Positions 7,640 through 11,742 of a stretch of DNA of 11,742 nucleotides are shown here, piece after piece; within the stretch, counting starts at the first letter, position 1; each line of letters opens with the position of its first letter. Location: assembly GCF_006345805.1 (NCBI RefSeq), contig NW_021826901.1:1-11742 (forward strand), given 5' to 3'. The position numbers were made by a program, and so were the translations under genes. The DNA is from Octopus sinensis. Lineage: Eukaryota. Below the pieces are notes generated by a model, which did not search any database, had not been told where the DNA came from, and saw nothing but the letters and a program-made list of their open reading frames with translations.

Positions 7640-7846
7640 TCTGTCTTTGTCCCCTACCACCGCTTGACAACCAGTGTTGGTGTTTTCATGTCTCCGTACA
7701 TTAGCGGTTCAGCAAAAGAGAAACGATAGAATAATTATCAGGCTTAAAAATTAAATATTGGGGTCGATTCATTCGACCAAAATAATTGAAGGCGTTGTCC
7801 CAGTATGGCCGTAGTCTAATGATCGAAGACAAGTAAAAGATAGAAG
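7601..7846 (+). mobile_element. Family 1 SINE 3' half starting at its internal microsatellite
   Basis: Aligns with about 495-726 (TTTGTCCCC, GCTTGACAACC, TTAGCGGTTC, GGGGTCGAT, ATGGCCGTAGTC) and carries a tail AAGTAAAAGATAGAAG. Confidence 0.85.
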
Positions 7847-7850
7847 TTAG

Positions 7851-7923
7851 TTATTCAGGCGGCCTTCTTTACCGAAACTGCTAAGTTGCAGAGACGTAAG
7901 CAAACCAACAGGCCGTTTCAAAG
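7851..7923 (-). mobile_element. Short inverted family 1 SINE fragment
   Basis: TTATTC...CCGAAACTGCTAAGTTGCAGAGACGTAAGCAAACCAACA is a diverged reverse complement of 7663-7734. Confidence 0.6.
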
Positions 7924-7951
7924 ATATTATTTGTATTTGTAATAAATTTCT

Positions 7952-8298
7952 GTGAAGGCGCATGGCTCAGTAGTTAGGTCGCCGGGCTCGCAGTTATGTG
8001 GCAATGTGTTCGACTCCCGAACCGGGCTGTGTGTTGTGTTCTTGAGCAAGACACTTTATTTCACATTGCTCCAGTTCACTCAGCTCTAGAAATAAATTGA
8101 GACATCACTGGTGCCAAGCTGTATCGGCCTTTGCCTTTTCCTTGGACAACATCGGTGGCGTGGAGAGGGGGGCCGGTATGCATGGGCGACTGCTGGCCTT
8201 CTTAAGCAACCTAGCCCAGACTTGTGCCCCGGAGGGGAACATTCTAGGTGCAATCCCATAGTCATTCTTTACCGATGGGGTTGTTCACCCTTTACCCT
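7952..8298 (+). mobile_element. Near full-length tRNA-derived SINE (CORE/Meta-like central domain)
   Basis: A box TGGCTCAGTAG 7963-7973 and B box GTTCGACTCC 8008-8017. The central TTGAGCAAGACACTTTATTTCACATTGCTCCAGTTCACTCAGCT is shared with the 236-889 SINE, but the 3' module differs. Tail CACCCTTTACCCT. Confidence 0.85.
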
Positions 8299-8310
8299 AT
8301 GTACATATAA

Positions 8311-8450
8311 TGGTATGGAGAAAGGAGGATGGTATGCACGGGTGACTGCTGGCCTTTCTAAGTAACCTTGACCAGACTTGTGCTTCGGAGGAGAACTTTC
8401 GAGGTGCAATCCCATGGTCTTCTTGACCGAAGGGAGTCTTTACCCCTTTA
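8311..8450 (+). mobile_element. 5'-truncated copy of the same SINE 3' module
   Basis: Aligns with about 8156-8298 (TGGAGA...GGTATGCA...GACTGCTGGCCTT...CCAGACTTGTGC...GGTGCAATCCCAT) and ends in TTTACCCCTTTA. Confidence 0.85.
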
Positions 8451-8494
8451 AATATATTTCTTGTTTTAGTTTTGCATTTATATTTGATGTTCCG

Positions 8495-8992
8495 AAGAGG
8501 AGAGGTTAGTAAAAACACCCAAACTTGTTATCTTCAATTCGGTTTACGCGCCTGACCTCGGTTATGATCGTGAATATTGAGTAATGGCCGAAAATGTAGG
8601 TTCGTAAATACAATCAGTCGAAATGGGGTTCTGCCAAAAGATTGCCGGAGTAAACTCGACAGGGTACGTAGTTCAGCAAGATCAGGGAGCCTCTCTAGAT
8701 CGAGATGCTACTTCTACGAAATGAGAGGGTATAGTTCCTGTACTACGGCCATGTGATTAGAATGTCGCAGAAAAGAATCATAATACAGATTCTTCAAGCC
8801 GAGCCAACTGGCAGGAAACCTAGGGATAAACCACGACCGAGATGGTTAAGTAATGTCCTTAATCTCATTTGGTCGCGCTTGGGAATCCAGCCGGAAAGTG
8901 TAAGAACGGTTGCTTCTGATTAGACCCTATGGATAAGGTACCTGAAGACTCTATTCTTACGACCCTCCCTAAGAATTGGGTGGCGAAAATGT
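8495..8992 (+). mobile_element. Decayed RTE-clade (Expander/Rex3-like) LINE, C-terminal end of the RT ORF, 5' truncated
   Basis: Manual translation across frameshifts and stops gives KLVIFNSVYAPDLGYDREY*VMAENVGS*IQSVEMGFCQKIAGV / LDRVRSS / IREPL*IEMLLLRNERV*FLYYGHVIRMSQKRIIIQILQAEPTGRKPRDKPRPRWLSNVLNLIWSRLGIQPE. This matches the RTE C-terminal motifs EMxFLRRxAG, DRVRS, WxGHxxRM and GxRPRGRPRxRW. Confidence 0.9.
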
Positions 8993-9046
8993 ATATCGGA
9001 AGAGATTTATATTATCGATTTGGTTGACGAACCACTAAGTGAAATG

Positions 9047-9142
9047 TACAGTCGAAGCCACCTCTCTAAGGTATCTACTCGCAGGAACGAACCCGAAACC
9101 AGGATGTTGCGAACTTTTTAAACATCACATCCATGCCTGCGC
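9047..9142 (-). mobile_element. Diverged tRNA-SINE head (family 1-like)
   Basis: The minus strand GCGCAGGCATGGATGTG...TGGTTTCGGGTTCGTTCC...ACCTTAG resembles 305-390. Confidence 0.6.
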
Positions 9143-10113
9143 ATATTGTTATCGTTTAAGACACTAAATCGAGTTACCTAGCTTCTATATTATAGAAGGA
9201 ATAGCTTTGTAGGAATGAAACGTGTCGAGGTAGCAGAGGTGATTCTACACATTGGTTTATTACATGTCCTAATTGGTTAATCGCTATGTCAAGGGAAGGT
9301 TAATTTATGCTTTAAAAATGTTAATGTTTGCTTTGGGAAAGTTAATGTATAACAAGAAATAATTAATGCGTAGTAATGAGCAATTAATATACGTCAAAGT
9401 GAAATTAATGTCTATTCATCTAGGGACACAGAACTTGTCGAGTCGCCATTTTGTAAGTATATACAGTTGTTTCACATGGCTACAAATGTAGCTTGGATTT
9501 TCTTCAAATCACACCCTACTGTCTTAAAAGAAATATACTCTTAGGTTAACCATATCTTGATTGTAGAGGACCAATAAAGAAATGTGCGCATGTATGGAAT
9601 TAAGAAATGGAGTCAATCTATTGTCCTCTGCCTCTAAATCTGTTTTTCATCCTGCGATATGTAGTCAAAATATCCTAAATATCCTAAATAAAATTTGAAT
9701 GTGAATCTAATTCCGAACTATGGTTTTATGAGCGCCAAGTACACCTGCAGTTCTTTCATCAGTGGGGGCAGATATATAAATACAATCGCTACTTGAAGTA
9801 GATTCGGTATGCAGCAGTCAGAAAACGGGTTTAATTCTGAATAAGGCTCCAAAGAGAAGAAATGAAAGTAGTTTATTTTCCACATATTGCCAACCAGATT
9901 CAGTTCAACTATCAAAGCCCAATCTATGGACTAGAGAAGATGAAAAGCTACAAATAAAAGCATTATATACTGGCGAGTGTGTGTTGCAAACCATATATCT
10001 TCTTAGAGATGTTGAACAAAGAATTTGATGATGTTCATATATTACAGACATTCTTATTCTTCAAGACAACCAGAAACGAATTGTTGTTAGAATGGTTATA
10101 TTTCGTATTCATT

Positions 10114-10244
10114 AAGGTGGCGAGTTGACAGAAATGTTAGCACTCCAGGCAAAATGCTTACCTGCATTTCGTCCGTCTTTATCTTCTGTGTTCAAAATTC
10201 GCCAAGGTCGACTTTGCTGGCATTGTACCAAAATTTGAAACCCG
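10114..10244 (+). mobile_element. Short (probably internally deleted) SINE with 16-bp TSD
   Basis: Flanked by a perfect direct repeat ATATTTCGTATTCATT (10098-10113 and 10245-10260). Head AAGGTGGCGAGTTGACAGAA, B-box-like GTTCAAAATTC, then AGGTCGACTTTGC. It resembles an abundant Octopus SINE as I recall it. Confidence 0.8.
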
Positions 10245-10552
10245 ATATTTCGTATTCATTCTAATGAATAAGTATTTAAAAAAATATTTATTTCCTTAAC
10301 ATTGTGTTTGAGTACGTTAAATTTCTAATTGTCATCTTGGATCTTATTTTTGAATTTGTACATAATATCAGATTTGATTCGAACCAGGAAGTTTTATTTC
10401 TAAAGTTAAGGTTAGTTACGTCTTTTTCGGCTTGGTCACTGGCTTGGACACTTTGGTTGTTGGTTCCTTACTTTGTCTATGGTTCTGTCGTTGGACTAAG
10501 ATTCTGATTGGATTGGAGACATCAGATGATAATTTGGGATTAAATCTATGGA

Positions 10553-10752
10553 AACACATACACACACATACACAACACCAAGACAATCACACACACGGTT
10601 GACAAACGGGCACACATATACACAAACCATCCGACCAAATTTTACAAACACACACAGACACATCTATTTACACCACAATAAGCTCTGGGACCAATCAAAA
10701 ACGGCCCACACACACAAACACAAACACATGTATATGTATATACACACACACT
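10553..10752. repeat. CA-rich low-complexity tract
   Basis: Interrupted (CA)n runs. Confidence 0.7.
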
Positions 10753-11071
10753 CGCACCATTCTGACCTCTAAAGACCAATCCTCCAAATCATTGATGCTT
10801 GAAGGAGAAACAAAAACACTTCTTTTCAGTTCCACATTACTCTTCCTTCCCCCCACCCAAAACACACCTACACTGTCCCTTGAAATTAAAAATAGTCTTT
10901 TACGATAACATGGTGAACCAGGTCAGTTTAAGCTGTCAATTTTTTGAACTTATAATATTCTGTGTGTGATATATATACAGATACAATACCAATATTCCAC
11001 TGAACTTTTTAATAATTCCTTCTGGAAACTATCTTTAACATTTTCTTGAGAATGTATATATATGTTGTAAT

Positions 11072-11383
11072 CTTTTGTGCCCAATATTTTAATGAACTTG
11101 TTAAACTTTTTTATATTTTCCCAAGATTTTCCCTTGTAAGCTGTTCTTAACATGTTCTTAATATCAAGGAATGTATATGCATATTGTAATATTTTGTGAC
11201 AACCAGTACCTGGCACAACCAAGCTTTTGTGCCCAATATTTTGATGAACTTGTTAAACTTTTTTTATATTTTCCCAAGATTTTCCCTTGTTAACTATTCT
11301 TAACATGTTCTTGTTATCAAAGAATGTGTATATATGTATTGTAGTATTTTGTGACAAACAATTACTAACACAACCAAGCTTTT
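11072..11383. repeat. Tandem duplication, unit about 152-155 bp (2 copies, plus a degenerate partial copy at about 10989-11071)
   Basis: CTTTTGTGCCCAATATTTT begins at 11072 and again at 11224. Both units end in CACAACCAAG, and CTTTT recurs at 11379. Confidence 0.9.
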
Positions 11384-11514
11384 ACATGTTACTTTTGACA
11401 TTCTTTTTCTAAAAAGGGAAACCGGTAAAGAAAATAAACATCTTTCAAAATGCTTTTTCAAACCTTCTTTCATATATAATTCCACACGTGCGGTACCTTA
11501 CAACTCCACTTTCT

Positions 11515-11538
11515 TATACATATATATGTATGATTATC

Positions 11539-11584
<46 letters not shown>

Positions 11585-11615
11585 TATATAAGATATATAT
11601 ATATATACATACCGG

Positions 11616-11671
<56 letters not shown>

Positions 11672-11690
11672 ATGAATGTATGCATATATA
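11515..11690. repeat. Compound (TA)n/(TACA)n microsatellite
   Basis: Directly visible. Confidence 0.95.
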
Positions 11691-11694
11691 AATA

Positions 11695-11742
11695 TTCTTT
11701 TATTTGTTTCAGTCATTTGACTGCAGCCATGCTGGAGCACCG
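11695..11742 (-). mobile_element. Family 1 SINE 3' end (runs off the window)
   Basis: TGTTTCAGTCATTTGACTGCAGCCATGCTGGAGCACCG is the reverse complement of 689-726 with a few mismatches. Confidence 0.85.

Noticed and set aside
7084-8518. ORFs of 73-108 aa (also 271-584)
   Set aside because: They lie within SINE or microsatellite sequence and show no protein motif.
9718-9915. 65-aa ORF in unique sequence, with a minus-strand CTGATGA
   Set aside because: No recognisable domain or convincing splice context, and no GAAA or stems to complete a ribozyme.
10769-10811. CTAAAGA...TCCTCCAA/TTGAAGGA-GAAAC possible sixth hammerhead relic
   Set aside because: G5 is mutated, the stem is offset from the core, and there is no stem III or stem I'. 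It could be a relic but is unsupported here.
10950-11485. Two minus-strand ORFs sharing CHKILQY
   Set aside because: The shared peptide comes from the DNA tandem duplication. Unit lengths break frame and no domain is recognisable.

Overview
AT-rich eukaryotic, non-genic DNA made almost entirely of microsatellites and transposon remnants. The SINE families match my recollection of Octopus (coleoid cephalopod) repeats; this assignment is inference, with no search run. I find no credible protein-coding gene: the listed ORFs are microsatellite, SINE or low-complexity translations. The window holds about 10 tRNA-derived SINE copies or fragments, including a nested pair inside a 12-bp TSD and a short copy with a 16-bp TSD. 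It also holds a decayed RTE-clade LINE 3' end, two Helitron-like 5' ends, a short interstitial (TTAGGG)n array and a ~152-155 bp tandem duplication. The most notable signal is a cluster of five sequence-unrelated minimal type I hammerhead ribozyme (HHR) motifs at 1926, 3629, 4882, 6166 and 6790. Each lies about 70-125 nt upstream of a junction with a (TA)n or AT-rich tract, as expected for Penelope-like element pseudo-LTRs or retrozymes. Their cores are non-canonical, including a clean G3-C8 compensatory swap with all helices intact at 6166-6216.
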